Shown in pieces: positions 1-11,200 of a stretch of 64,000 nucleotides of DNA. The notes under the pieces were generated by a model. It saw nothing but the letters and a program-made list of their open reading frames with translations, searched no databases and had not been told where the DNA came from. Where the stretch lies: positions 11,407-75,406 of the IMG/VR virus record IMGVR_UViG_3300025133_000073; one strand, written 5' to 3'. Position numbers and translations under genes: made by a program. How positions within the stretch are numbered: the stretch's first letter is position 1; each line of letters starts with the position of its first letter. The DNA is from a virus.

Positions 1-340
1 TGACCCATTTGTCAAAGTCAAAATCCTTAACATCCTGAATGACACCTTCTGTGGTCTTCTTGGTTTCCTTATATATATCTGAATCTTTGACAGCATTTAT
101 CATTCTGAAAAACGGATTCTTATTCTCAGGATCAGGTTGATTCTGTATTACAGAGCCATCCTGAGCAATAGAAGCAGCCTTAGGAAGTCTTGATACTTCA
201 CCATCAACACATTCATTGCATCCTGACTTTATGAGTGATTTGATATGAGCAACCTTTCCTCTTGGAATGATCACAATATCCCCATGACTGTTACGAAGAG
301 CGATCTCTCCTCCCTGTACTTCTACTTTAGTCTGTGCCAT
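1..340 (-). CDS. Partial CDS running off the left edge; putative virion cargo protein (MAQTKVEVQGGEIALRNSHGDIVIIP...)
   Basis: Translated by hand. ATG at 340-338 overlaps the end of the 2641-aa ORF and the frame is open to the window edge. Carries an EVxGGE motif like the 702-aa cargo protein. Absent from the ORF track because it is truncated. Confidence 0.75.
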   Translation of the reverse strand, partial: MAQTKVEVQGGEIALRNSHGDIVIIPRGKVAHIKSLIKSGCNECVDGEVSRLPKAASIAQDGSVIQNQPDPENKNPFFRMINAVKDSDIYKETKKTTEGVIQDVKDFDFDKWV

Positions 341-3300
341 CTTCTGTTGCTTTCTTTACTAATGTTCCTCCTACTAAGAATGGTGCTACGGCATATACAG
401 ACTTTAAAAGTTTCTTCAGGTCTTTAGCACTTCTTCGACTTACTAATTCTGTAATATCATGATGTGCTGTAGAATGCTCAGTACTTGCGGTTTCTTTTTT
501 CAACTTCTTTATCATACCATCAGTAATCTCATCACCATGATCCCATAGACCTAACTTTTTCAGATGATTCAGCGTTCGTACACCTCTTACTTGTTGTTCT
601 CTATCGAGATCAAGATATGCTTGAAAATCTTGTTGAGAAGGACTTCCATATGTAGGATCTTTTTTCATTGGAATACCTCTAAAAGCTTCTTCTTCTCTTA
701 ACCATGCTGATGAATGAATCATTTCATGATTTATGTCCTCTTCTAACTTTTTAAGAAGCTCAGGAGTGAGTTCGCCACCGTCATATGATAAATTAATATC
801 ACTACCTAATGAAGTACCTTCCTCCTTTAATCGTGAAGGATCAATACCTTTAGTATCTCTCCATTGCACTTTTGCATTTTTAAGTTCTTCAATCATTTCT
901 TTCTGTAACGCCAATGCTTGCTGAGGAGTTTCGTCAGGTACAGCATTCATTCTTCGTGTTAACCATTCGTCAGAACGTAACCATTTAAGATGCGTCTTTC
1001 GTCCTTTTTCTACAATATTTTGTAATTCTACCGATGGAGTTTTTAATACAGGAAAGTCAGCTAACGGTATTTTATAAGCATTTTTCATTGAAGCATTGAA
1101 TTTTTTAGTAACAAAAGCTGGATCGACATTTTTATGCAAGTGCTCCCATGTCATTCGAGGAAGTCTCGTCATTTCATATATCTCATCATCTGGAAGTTTT
1201 AATAGGTCTTCTATGTCTTTTGGAAGAACTATATCATCAAGTTTATCAAATTTACCAACTTTAGGGCGAGATTGATAAATATTAGGATCAGCCATATCAA
1301 ATTCTCCACTATTGCCCTTAGCTGATTTGACAAAGTTACCAGGTCTATTATTTATTATTCTGACATTTCCTATTCCGCTATCGTCAATATCTCGTAACTT
1401 AACATTGTCAATTCCCTCTTCAACCATATATTCGCCTATCTCATCAGTTGACGTACGCCCTTTCCTCCATGTATCTGGTCCAAATCTCTTCTTTATATTC
1501 TTTGCTACGTCATTATCTAAAGGACGAGGAGCATTTAAAAGACCTTCCATATACTCTATTGCTTCTTCTCCATTAAATATCGAGTCCTCTAATTCTTTTA
1601 ATGTCCACCCATTCTTATCTACTTTCTTTCCAGACGCTTTCATTTCTTCAATTGATTTTTTTCTAATATCAATCACTTCCTTTTGCCTCTTTATGTTATA
1701 TATATAGTCCCTGTCTTTATAAGTACTTTTATGATTAACATCCAAATGTGCCCAATTCTGACCTCTAAGGTCAAAATCTGCAGAATTATCAGAGTTCTTC
1801 AGATAAAGCTCATTGACACCGCCCCCTTTATTATCCGCTCCTTTTATTATTTCTTTCTTGCTATGTGGAGCGTAATTACGAGCTAAATCTTTATTCTCAC
1901 TTGAAAAAAGAAGTTGTCCTTTTTCTGGTCGATCAGACTTAGTTCCTCTATAAACAACATCTGCATCATCAGGAAAAGCCTTCTTGAAATTCTTACTTCT
2001 CTGCTGTACAAATTGTTCAGGACTGCCTCTAAAATCAGAACCGTCAGCATTCTTCATCCAAGTACCGTCAGCTTTTGTAGTAGCTTCTATGGTATTGTAT
2101 TCTTTCATCAGAGCTTTGTTCTTAGGGATCTTCTTATTCCATTTACCCCAATTTATCTCAGATGCAAATTTCTTTGAAGCGTTGGCCTTATGAAGCAGAC
2201 CACTTGCCTGAGAGAACTTACCCACCTTCATCAAATGTCTAAATTTAGCAGCAATACCAATACCTGCAAAATTAGTCAGGTCTGTAACCATATCAGCTAT
2301 AAAGCCCGCATCGTTCTGTTTACCTTTTAAACCATCCGTAAAATTGTAATTAGTGCCGTCAGCGTTTTTCCAATCAGTAATACCTAATGAATTAAGTAAA
2401 CCCTGCGCAGGTTTAGATACTACCCCTCCTGCACCTTCAAGAGCGTCTAATACAGTAGCATTTTCATGTTCTTCTTCTGTATATCGTTTATTCTTAGGTC
2501 CCTTTGGTACTCCTTGTGCATATGTACCTGTTCCCATACCTTCATCTATCTTATCCCAATAGGTCTTAGAGGTCTTATCCCAAGCTATACTACCTGTAAT
2601 ATATTCCTGTTCTTTATCAGAGAGAGATGCCATATATGCCTCAGCATCGGTATTTCTGTCATAAGGTTTGCTTTTAAGAATCTGTTTACTCACTTGTTCT
2701 TTTACATATGTATCCCGTTCAGTATTATGCATAGCTTCCAATACGTCACCTGTAGCAGGATCGCCGTCTTTAAACCAAACAGAACGTTCAAATTTTGGAT
2801 ATTTCTTTATAGCCTTCCTTTCTGCTGTGAGCCATTCGGGAGCTACGTCAGAAGCAATAGCCTCAGGCTGCGTCCCTCCTGAATATATAGGATCAGTATT
2901 ATCTTCTATTTCATCAGAAGCAAGTACAAGACCTTCTTCTGCAGACATGGTACCCTGCTTATTGGTAAGTGATATGCCACCCTTTTTGCTTACAGCTATG
3001 TCAATACCTCCCTGTGCGTGAGATTTGCCTTTGAACTCTCTTACTACTCTCCAATCTCCTCCTGGAGTAAAACCGAACTGTCCTCCATCTGCCATGCATG
3101 GATTACCTGTCTGATCATCTACAAGTTGAGCCTTTCCTGTACTTAGAAGTCGTTGTATATTCGCTTCATCTATAGGATTGACAGTTTGTGGAGAGTCTTT
3201 CGATGCTTCCTTCTTACCGAATAGAACGTGTCTCTTTTCCGCATAGGCATATTCAGATAGGTCCATGACATATGCGCTTGCTGAATTTGTAAGTCCTCCT

Positions 3301-6300
3301 ACAGAAGGTGCGTATTTGAGTGTCACACCATCTATCTTCTTCATTGCGTTATACAAAGCACCTATTTCATAAGGTTTATTGCGAGTAAACTGCAACATGG
3401 TACGTGTCCATCTGTCTTTGATGTTCTTCCATGATTTGAATGCCTGTTCAGTATTTGCAGCATTCTTATCCACATAACTTCTCGCTTCTTTTGCAGCCTG
3501 TCCTGATGTAGTAAAACTTTCCACATCTATACTTGGATCATTTTGCAATATCTGCTTCCATGCGTCTAACTTAAGAGGTTCTACAACACGATTGAGTTCT
3601 GCATTGAATATTTTATCATACGCTTTCTTTGACATGATCTCAACACTGCCTGTGCCGTCAAGTCTATTATATTCTCCTGACATCGGATCTATTGCATACT
3701 GCATGTTTCCCACAACAAAATAGTTGTACGGAACTATCAGTTCATCAGGACCTGCATAAATAGCAGCGGTCTGAGTATTACTTTGAAGATGTCTTGTAGC
3801 ATCAAATCCTGAAAACAATAAAGGAACATGCTTTCCATTCTCCTTAATATGCTTCTTGATCAGATGATGCACCAAAGGTGTAAAATAGGTCATATACTTA
3901 TCAAGATCAGCTACTTCTTCCTCAAGCATGGTATCAAGATCGATCTTCACATTCTGCTTTTTCGATTCTCCTAACTCCATCACTTCTTCAGGAGTTGCAT
4001 TACTTCTATTATTGAATTGAGCATTGACAGCTTCATAAGCTGCTTCACGTGATCTGAAAGTAGAGTAAGGGATCAAAGAAGATTCCCATTGTTCTGTAGC
4101 ACCTGCAAAAGGAACCATAGGCATTTTTGATATACTGTTCTTCAGTAATTTTTCTCTTTCTCCTTCAGTTGAAAGTAATTCAGGTCCACGGGTCTGAAGA
4201 CCTGCATTGAGGACCTCAAGCATTGAATGAATACTCTTCATCATGGTCTCGAATGTAGAAAAGTCCATCAAGGAAAGATTCTCTTTACTCTCACGGGCAG
4301 CAAGATTCAAATTAAGTCTGAACATCTCATCCTTTCTTACTTTAAGAAGTCTGTTCAACTTGTGAGTAATTATAGGAGCCTCCATGGATAACGATGATGT
4401 CAGCGACTTCGCCTTTCGTCGTTTTTTAAAGGATATACCCATGTTCGTATCTCTCTCAGCTGTCACTGCGGTAGGGGTAGAGAATCCATGTAGATCAAGA
4501 TTGTGCTTACCATAATCTCTTCTCATTCGTTTGATCGCCTCTTCTATCATTTCTGTATAGATCTGATCATCGATCTCAGCATGAGGAGTATAATCTTCAG
4601 GATTTTCACGCCTCGCCAATGCGTCGTATTCATAATTATCAAGTTCATGCTCAGTAAAAAATTCCTTAAAGCCTCCTCTATTTACGATGGTTGCCATTCG
4701 TAATTTAGCATTGAGGATCGCATTGATCTGCCCCTGTTTTGTCTCTCTTTCTTTAATGAGAATCGCATTATCTCCCATTAGATTCATATCCTCTTTAGCG
4801 CGGTCAATAGCTATTGAATAAGAACTATGCATGTCGGTAGCATCTGTTACGATCCCCTTCATATGTTCCAACATATCAGAAAACGCTCTCTCAGGTCCCA
4901 ACATATCAGCAGTTATATTCTGAAGTATTGATGACCATGATATAGGAAAGTATTTTTGAGCGACCATATGTAGAATTTCAGATGTAGGTACAGGGGTGAT
5001 ATCCCGTTTATTACCCTCAGTTCTGATCAGATCTTTTATTACCGCAACCTGTCTGTCAACATCCGCAGTAAATGTGCTTGTCATTCTTTCAACCTGCGAT
5101 TTGCTCATGTCAGCACCGTCACGCTCTCTACGTTTCATCAACAGATACTCAATGACATCACTCTGGATCTCATGTAACATCACCTTCTTATTGCCTACAT
5201 TATCCTGAAAAGGAGTAAGTGATCCCCATGCGATAGGTCCTGATTTCCAATGCTTTCCTAATAAGTTATCGCTTTGGTATTCAAGTTTTGCATCATTGAA
5301 TCGTATCGAGATCTTAGAATGCCTGGTTTCAGGAGTTATGTTACTGAATGCGTTACTGATCCCATAGGTACTCCACGCAGGATTGATGTCGAGCTCCGAT
5401 AAGAACCCTAACTCCCAATTCGCTTGAAGATAATTATGCGCTTCATTCACAAATTCTTCTGCAGTAATGGTCTTCATATTAGGATTCTCATCCTTGATCA
5501 ACTTCTGTACTTCAGTAAGGATCTCCTTCTCAGGCTTTTTCATTCCATCAACACTGATAGGTGATGACAGTGAAATAGGATTCTTCGCATACTTCTGCAA
5601 TAAAGCAGGAAACACCTTTAATGTAGGTGTGACAGATTCATATTTCCCCTTCGCTTTCTCTTCTTTTGAGAGATCAACTGTCTTAACTATGTTATTTGAC
5701 CCATAAGAAGCAGGATTGAGACTCCTGAGTCTCTCAACATGTTCAGGAATACGATTGGTAGTAAGCTTGAACAACTTATCAAGAGTTCTATTCATGAATT
5801 TAGACCTCTTCTTAAAGTATGTGGTCATCCATTTTTTATTATGCCTATTTGCTTCTTCTGCTCTTAATACTGCTTCTCTCTGTCTTTCTGTATATTGAGG
5901 AATGTTCTCAGTGACCCAATTTATCATCTCAGTAGATGTATGGAATACATGAATATCTGATTTACCATTCACCTGTAATTTGTAAGAATTATCATTGGTT
6001 CCTGATATTTTGGATACCTTAATAAGGTCTTGAATATTATTCAATGCATCAGAAACGTCTATAGACCCTCCCGCCTGCAAGCTGTCCCATAATGCGTCAT
6101 TTTCTTCAGGTGATAATAGGTCTGAAGTGTCATTGGCAAGTATCTTGATCGCAGCAACATGCACTGGGTCAGAAGTAAATAATGACTTTGCCAATGCGAC
6201 AAGCTCTCTCAACGTCTTTATGAATTTCTGATAGAAAGAAGAAGGCTTCGCACCATGTACGGTCTCAAGACGTTTTATCTCTTCTGCAATGACCTGTCCT

Positions 6301-8252
6301 ATTGCTTCTTCTAATAGGGCATTTAGCGCAGTACTACTATTTATCATAGAGCCCACTTTAGAAAGACCTCCGTTGTAACGAGGATCTCTTTTAAGCTCCT
6401 CATATTTTGCTAAGACCTTCTCATCTATCTTAAGAGCTTTTGCTAAAGGATGTCCTGAATTAGCAATAAGAGAATACCACCAGTGAGCAGCTTCCTCAGG
6501 AAGTTTATTCCATGCTTCGGCTCTATCGCTATCAAGTATATCAACTGTTCTGTCTATGAAATTAGCTGCCGCAATAGCATCTTCCACAAGAGTACCGTCA
6601 GTGCCTGAAATACCTTCTACGAGTCTTATATCTACTCCTATGGCATCAAGGAAAGAGGTCATATTATCAAGAGTATTCAAATGAAACTCAAGCTTCTTAT
6701 CATCTGTAGTATCAATGCCTGCAGGATCCTCAATTATCTGAGCAATGTTTCTATTTGAGTCCAGAAAACGTTGTGATGCTTTTCCTATCATGTCCTCATT
6801 CATACTATGTGTAGGCATTCCCTTTACTATTGCTCTATTGATCATCGTAGGGAAATGCTCCATCAAAGTGCTCATTTTATTCCAAGGACCGTTAGGACGG
6901 GGATAAGATATTTCACGAACGAGAGGCTCATGTCTTTCCATGATAGTGTCTCGATTCTCCAAGATCTTCTTGTGATCCGTACTCGTGATCTCATGTAGTG
7001 AGATTATACTCGCTATCCTAAGCTGAGTACTCAATATCATTGCGACATCATTATTGGAAAGACCAACATTGAAAGCATGTGCCGTTGTTTCAAGCTCTGA
7101 TGCGTATGTGAACTTCCTTGTAAGAATATCCTTGACCCGATTGATATTATCCTTGTCTGAACTATCGTTCGGAACAGGTTTCGTATAATATTGATTGGCA
7201 ATTGATACAAGAGAAGGTTTAGACATTAGAGAAGTCGCACTCAATGCATCTGGATACGCATCATTCTCCCACTGCTCCATTACATCATTGATATAAGGTA
7301 TTGCCTCAGGAACATAATGTCTGAGATTGTCTATCATCATTATCTGAGCAATTGTAGTATGGTCAGATGGAGTATCTGCCAATAGATCATTACTCCCACT
7401 CAATGCGTCAGCTACCGATTCAAGAATGATACTCATTCTATCTCTCACTCTTATGACAGTATCTTCATTTATACCATCTTCCCTCGCTTCTGTCGTATAA
7501 CCTCTTCTAAGAACTTTTATATGCTCATTGAACCAGTTATCGACCTGAGGCAGTCCAAGGATGTTTGTAGTGGTCAGAACAGAAAGCGCATCTTTCAGCG
7601 ACTCAGGAGCGACCTTTCTGAATTCACTTAAAGGGTTGCGTACGGTACTCTCAACGAGATCAGTAACGATCTCTGTCCCATATGTACTTGCAGCTGTAGT
7701 GCCTAATATGTGCTCACCACTTGGTACAGGAACCACATTAGCAGGATTTTCTATGATCATCCTCTTCAGTTCACTTGAAGAAACCCTACTTAGAGATAGT
7801 TGCAGGTAAGGAAATTCCATTGGACCATCTAAGATCAATGCATCTACATTGGCATCTGTATATCGGGCTTTTATAGTTAACATCTTAAGCTTATTGAAAC
7901 GAAAGCCGTCAATACTTCCTGGTTTCTCTTGGAATGTAGGGTTGCTCTTAGCGAATGGTTCCCTTCTTTTGCTTTCCTTATCAATAATGTAGCTGCTCTC
8001 AACATATTTTCCAGAATTGAACTTTTCAGAAATATAGTCTCTTTCTTCTTTTGAGATCTTAAAACCTGTTGATTGAAAAGTTTCAGCAAAGATCCTATCA
8101 TACATTTTGTCAATGTACTTATCAACTATGTGCATAGGCGGAACCTCTTCACCATAGTGAATGAATACCTTATAGGCATTGACATCACCGAGAGATGACG
8201 ATAGTGCTTCCCACTCCTTTGACGTCTTTACGGGGCATGATCTTGCAGGCAT
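327..8252 (-). CDS. Giant polyvalent virion cargo protein (2641 aa): degenerate zincin-like LPEEAAH, HEIQSD motif, ART-PolyVal-like ADP-ribosyltransferase region, C-terminal HExxH zincin
   Basis: Motifs EEAAH (~6483-6497), HEIQSD (~5158-5175), GKSHAQGG (~3006-3029), VVYRGT...FSS...KSAKGNSGEFD (~1958-1297) and HEMIH (714-728). Lies directly downstream of the virion RNAP, as crAss-like cargo genes do. Confidence 0.7.
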   Translation of the reverse strand: MPARSCPVKTSKEWEALSSSLGDVNAYKVFIHYGEEVPPMHIVDKYIDKMYDRIFAETFQSTGFKISKEERDYISEKFNSGKYVESSYIIDKESKRREPFAKSNPTFQEKPGSIDGFRFNKLKMLTIKARYTDANVDALILDGPMEFPYLQLSLSRVSSSELKRMIIENPANVVPVPSGEHILGTTAASTYGTEIVTDLVESTVRNPLSEFRKVAPESLKDALSVLTTTNILGLPQVDNWFNEHIKVLRRGYTTEAREDGINEDTVIRVRDRMSIILESVADALSGSNDLLADTPSDHTTIAQIMMIDNLRHYVPEAIPYINDVMEQWENDAYPDALSATSLMSKPSLVSIANQYYTKPVPNDSSDKDNINRVKDILTRKFTYASELETTAHAFNVGLSNNDVAMILSTQLRIASIISLHEITSTDHKKILENRDTIMERHEPLVREISYPRPNGPWNKMSTLMEHFPTMINRAIVKGMPTHSMNEDMIGKASQRFLDSNRNIAQIIEDPAGIDTTDDKKLEFHLNTLDNMTSFLDAIGVDIRLVEGISGTDGTLVEDAIAAANFIDRTVDILDSDRAEAWNKLPEEAAHWWYSLIANSGHPLAKALKIDEKVLAKYEELKRDPRYNGGLSKVGSMINSSTALNALLEEAIGQVIAEEIKRLETVHGAKPSSFYQKFIKTLRELVALAKSLFTSDPVHVAAIKILANDTSDLLSPEENDALWDSLQAGGSIDVSDALNNIQDLIKVSKISGTNDNSYKLQVNGKSDIHVFHTSTEMINWVTENIPQYTERQREAVLRAEEANRHNKKWMTTYFKKRSKFMNRTLDKLFKLTTNRIPEHVERLRSLNPASYGSNNIVKTVDLSKEEKAKGKYESVTPTLKVFPALLQKYAKNPISLSSPISVDGMKKPEKEILTEVQKLIKDENPNMKTITAEEFVNEAHNYLQANWELGFLSELDINPAWSTYGISNAFSNITPETRHSKISIRFNDAKLEYQSDNLLGKHWKSGPIAWGSLTPFQDNVGNKKVMLHEIQSDVIEYLLMKRRERDGADMSKSQVERMTSTFTADVDRQVAVIKDLIRTEGNKRDITPVPTSEILHMVAQKYFPISWSSILQNITADMLGPERAFSDMLEHMKGIVTDATDMHSSYSIAIDRAKEDMNLMGDNAILIKERETKQGQINAILNAKLRMATIVNRGGFKEFFTEHELDNYEYDALARRENPEDYTPHAEIDDQIYTEMIEEAIKRMRRDYGKHNLDLHGFSTPTAVTAERDTNMGISFKKRRKAKSLTSSLSMEAPIITHKLNRLLKVRKDEMFRLNLNLAARESKENLSLMDFSTFETMMKSIHSMLEVLNAGLQTRGPELLSTEGEREKLLKNSISKMPMVPFAGATEQWESSLIPYSTFRSREAAYEAVNAQFNNRSNATPEEVMELGESKKQNVKIDLDTMLEEEVADLDKYMTYFTPLVHHLIKKHIKENGKHVPLLFSGFDATRHLQSNTQTAAIYAGPDELIVPYNYFVVGNMQYAIDPMSGEYNRLDGTGSVEIMSKKAYDKIFNAELNRVVEPLKLDAWKQILQNDPSIDVESFTTSGQAAKEARSYVDKNAANTEQAFKSWKNIKDRWTRTMLQFTRNKPYEIGALYNAMKKIDGVTLKYAPSVGGLTNSASAYVMDLSEYAYAEKRHVLFGKKEASKDSPQTVNPIDEANIQRLLSTGKAQLVDDQTGNPCMADGGQFGFTPGGDWRVVREFKGKSHAQGGIDIAVSKKGGISLTNKQGTMSAEEGLVLASDEIEDNTDPIYSGGTQPEAIASDVAPEWLTAERKAIKKYPKFERSVWFKDGDPATGDVLEAMHNTERDTYVKEQVSKQILKSKPYDRNTDAEAYMASLSDKEQEYITGSIAWDKTSKTYWDKIDEGMGTGTYAQGVPKGPKNKRYTEEEHENATVLDALEGAGGVVSKPAQGLLNSLGITDWKNADGTNYNFTDGLKGKQNDAGFIADMVTDLTNFAGIGIAAKFRHLMKVGKFSQASGLLHKANASKKFASEINWGKWNKKIPKNKALMKEYNTIEATTKADGTWMKNADGSDFRGSPEQFVQQRSKNFKKAFPDDADVVYRGTKSDRPEKGQLLFSSENKDLARNYAPHSKKEIIKGADNKGGGVNELYLKNSDNSADFDLRGQNWAHLDVNHKSTYKDRDYIYNIKRQKEVIDIRKKSIEEMKASGKKVDKNGWTLKELEDSIFNGEEAIEYMEGLLNAPRPLDNDVAKNIKKRFGPDTWRKGRTSTDEIGEYMVEEGIDNVKLRDIDDSGIGNVRIINNRPGNFVKSAKGNSGEFDMADPNIYQSRPKVGKFDKLDDIVLPKDIEDLLKLPDDEIYEMTRLPRMTWEHLHKNVDPAFVTKKFNASMKNAYKIPLADFPVLKTPSVELQNIVEKGRKTHLKWLRSDEWLTRRMNAVPDETPQQALALQKEMIEELKNAKVQWRDTKGIDPSRLKEEGTSLGSDINLSYDGGELTPELLKKLEEDINHEMIHSSAWLREEEAFRGIPMKKDPTYGSPSQQDFQAYLDLDREQQVRGVRTLNHLKKLGLWDHGDEITDGMIKKLKKETASTEHSTAHHDITELVSRRSAKDLKKLLKSVYAVAPFLVGGTLVKKATEDGTD

Positions 8253-8253
8253 A

Positions 8254-11200
8254 TTATAGGTCTATATTATATTCTCCATCTGAAAGGTTGTCACCACCTT
8301 CACATCGTTCCTTCCTTTCCTCAGCTTCCTGATCAGGTATGGAACTGATATCATATTCATCTGTCTGAGTTCTGTTATCTTCTGTATTATCGTTCACAAA
8401 GGCCTTGTACTTAGCATTGAACTCCTTAACGTCGTATTCGCTTTCCATATTAAGGATCTTTGCAACCATCTTACGATGAGCATCCACCCTTGCTATTACT
8501 CGGAATACATCCTTAGGTTTCTTACTACCTCCTGCCTTAGCAGATGATGCTGTCATGATCTCATTCAGTTTTGTCAACATTGCAGGAACATCCTCAGGAA
8601 CTGCATTCTCCTCTCTTATTCTTTCGTTTATTTCATTTCGTAACTGCTTACGCTCACTTATGAATAATGACTCAAGAGGCATCTTTCCATCAGCATGGAT
8701 CTTTGAGAGCTCGTAGAACATGTTATGAGCACCAAGGTCTGTCACTTCTACATATGTTGCAGAAGCAGGGGACTCAGGTGTCTTGAAGAAATAGTTCATG
8801 TTCTTCAACATTACTGTAGCAGTGTTGTTACCCCGTCGGACATTAGCCTGTATATAAGTTACAGGTTCATCTTGATACCTGCCTGTTTCTTCATTCTTAT
8901 ATTTAGGATCAAACGGATGAGGCTTTCTCATAAGAGGTTTAAGACTCTCTTCTGAATAAGTAAGTAGCATCATTCCATTATTATCAAATTGTTTATTTGA
9001 AGCTTCTGATATGTCCACATACGGTACAGTATTCAATTTCTTGTGTACATTACGGAGTATCTGCTCAATATAAGCACTGTACTCATTATAAGAGTAAGAA
9101 GAATTGAAGTTGTCATGCAGGTGCTCAGTAAGTGTCTTTCCATCATCTGTTACAAGTTCACTAAGATACGAAGGAGGGATCAGATTTGAAAATGTATTGA
9201 ATCTGAAGTTATAACCTGAAGCAAAGAAAGCATATTCAGCAAGTCCGAATGCGATCTCTCTATCTGCTCTGTTTCTGGAGCTCATCATCTGCTTCCATTG
9301 TCGTTTGATCATTTCACGACCCATATCATCTAACCCTTCAATATCGAATTGTATCATTTTGAAAGGAACAGTAAGGTCGGTTTCATCAATTGCATCTACT
9401 CTAAAGTTATTAATGAACAGGGAATACGGACCTTCTTTCTGTAGGGTCTGATAATCCTGAAGAGTATCTGGGAAATTTCTCAAACGATCTTCCATGTTTG
9501 CGGGGGCGTACTCTGTAAAATCCGTAGCAAGTAAGGTCATCATCATTCTCCATAGAGTATTGATCTCAGGAGCCTGCAGTCTCTTACTTGATGAGTTCCA
9601 TCTCATTATTGTGATGATGTCATCAAATGCACTGTTCGGTCCTGCATAAGGGATCTTAGCTACTTCTCCTATTATATCACTGGCTGCTTTTACTCCATAT
9701 TTATAGAACACTTTCACATGGGGAAGCATTGTAGGATCACTAAGATATTCTTCAAGTCCTATCATCTTCTTACCTACGTTTTCCATTCTGACCATGTCCT
9801 CCATGAGAATCTTAGTATCAGCAACACTCGGTCCTGCTGCACGTTTGATAGAGTCGAATCTCATACCTGCCTGCACATCAGACAATATTTTAGCAGATTC
9901 CATTGCTCTACTATAGAAGGTCAATACTTTATAGCGCATATACAGATCGTTAACGGTCATGTCCTTCATAGGAGTCTTTCCTAACTTGATCTGATCAAAG
10001 AGTGTCCCTGTTATCTTAGTGTTCACAGGATCGGTCTTATATGCCAACAGGTCTTCTTTCGTAGCATTGAACGTAAGATCTGAAAGTCTCTTGTTCTTTA
10101 TCTGATCATAAAGGTCGTCCATTGCTGAATTTCCAAAGTTGTCCATGATAGCATCTCTGGTCTCAGCAATAGAGGACTTCAAAAGCTCCTTGAGAATATG
10201 CTCTCCCTTCTTTTGAGAAGCATTGTATTTTTTGAATACGTCCTTGATAACAGGTTGAATGAATACAGCCATGGATGCTATCGGATCATGAAGAGTACGT
10301 ATCATCGTATCAAGTATGTTAGCATTGGTCACATTCAGATTAAGTGTTCCTGCCAAAGGAAACTTAGCGTTATCAACAGACTGCGCAAGGTTCTCAGATA
10401 TACCTGATAGAGCTCTTATTGTCTTACCGTTACTATCAACACGTTCTGCTTTATTCAAGGAAGCCCCTGTATGTCCATTGAATACGATAGGGGTATCAAA
10501 TTCAAAATCTGTGAACAGTGTAAGTGTATGATTGGAGTTATGACTCGCATGAATACCTACAAGGTCAAGACCTGTCATATTTCTATCAAATACCTCGCGG
10601 GAAGTTGAAAGAAGCATTGGATTAAGAGAATATACCTCATCAGATGATGTAGTATCCGTAAAGTCTGCCATCGCTTTCAACGTATTGAAGTTACCTGGAG
10701 ACAATTGCTTTGCTGCAGTTGATCTGTGAGACAATATCGCCCACATGATATCGATCAGATAGTTGTCACGTGACTTCTTGGTATCAAATGATGAAGGCAC
10801 CTTGACAAGCTCTGAATGAAGTCGCCATTCGTCACGTTTTTCATCCCATACGTAATTACGTCTATTGGCAAAGTTAGCTCTTGCAAGACCGTCATCGTAG
10901 TCTTCAAAGTCTTTGAACATCACTTTTTTACCCTTACGAGTGGTCTGTTCAGTACTGATAAATGTCTGAAACTCTGCTTCAGCACCTGATACTACTTCTC
11001 CATGTTGATTGGTGATATTGTATAGCATCCCATAGACCTTATCGATGTCAAAGTCAAGTCCTGCTATGGTAGTAACCTCATCAGGCATGATTATCTGACC
11101 TGCTACCCATGACGGTAAGTACTCTATGACCTTAACATGGAACATTGAATAGTAATCCTCAGTAGGTATACGGGCGAATATTCCCATTGTAGCTGCTTCA

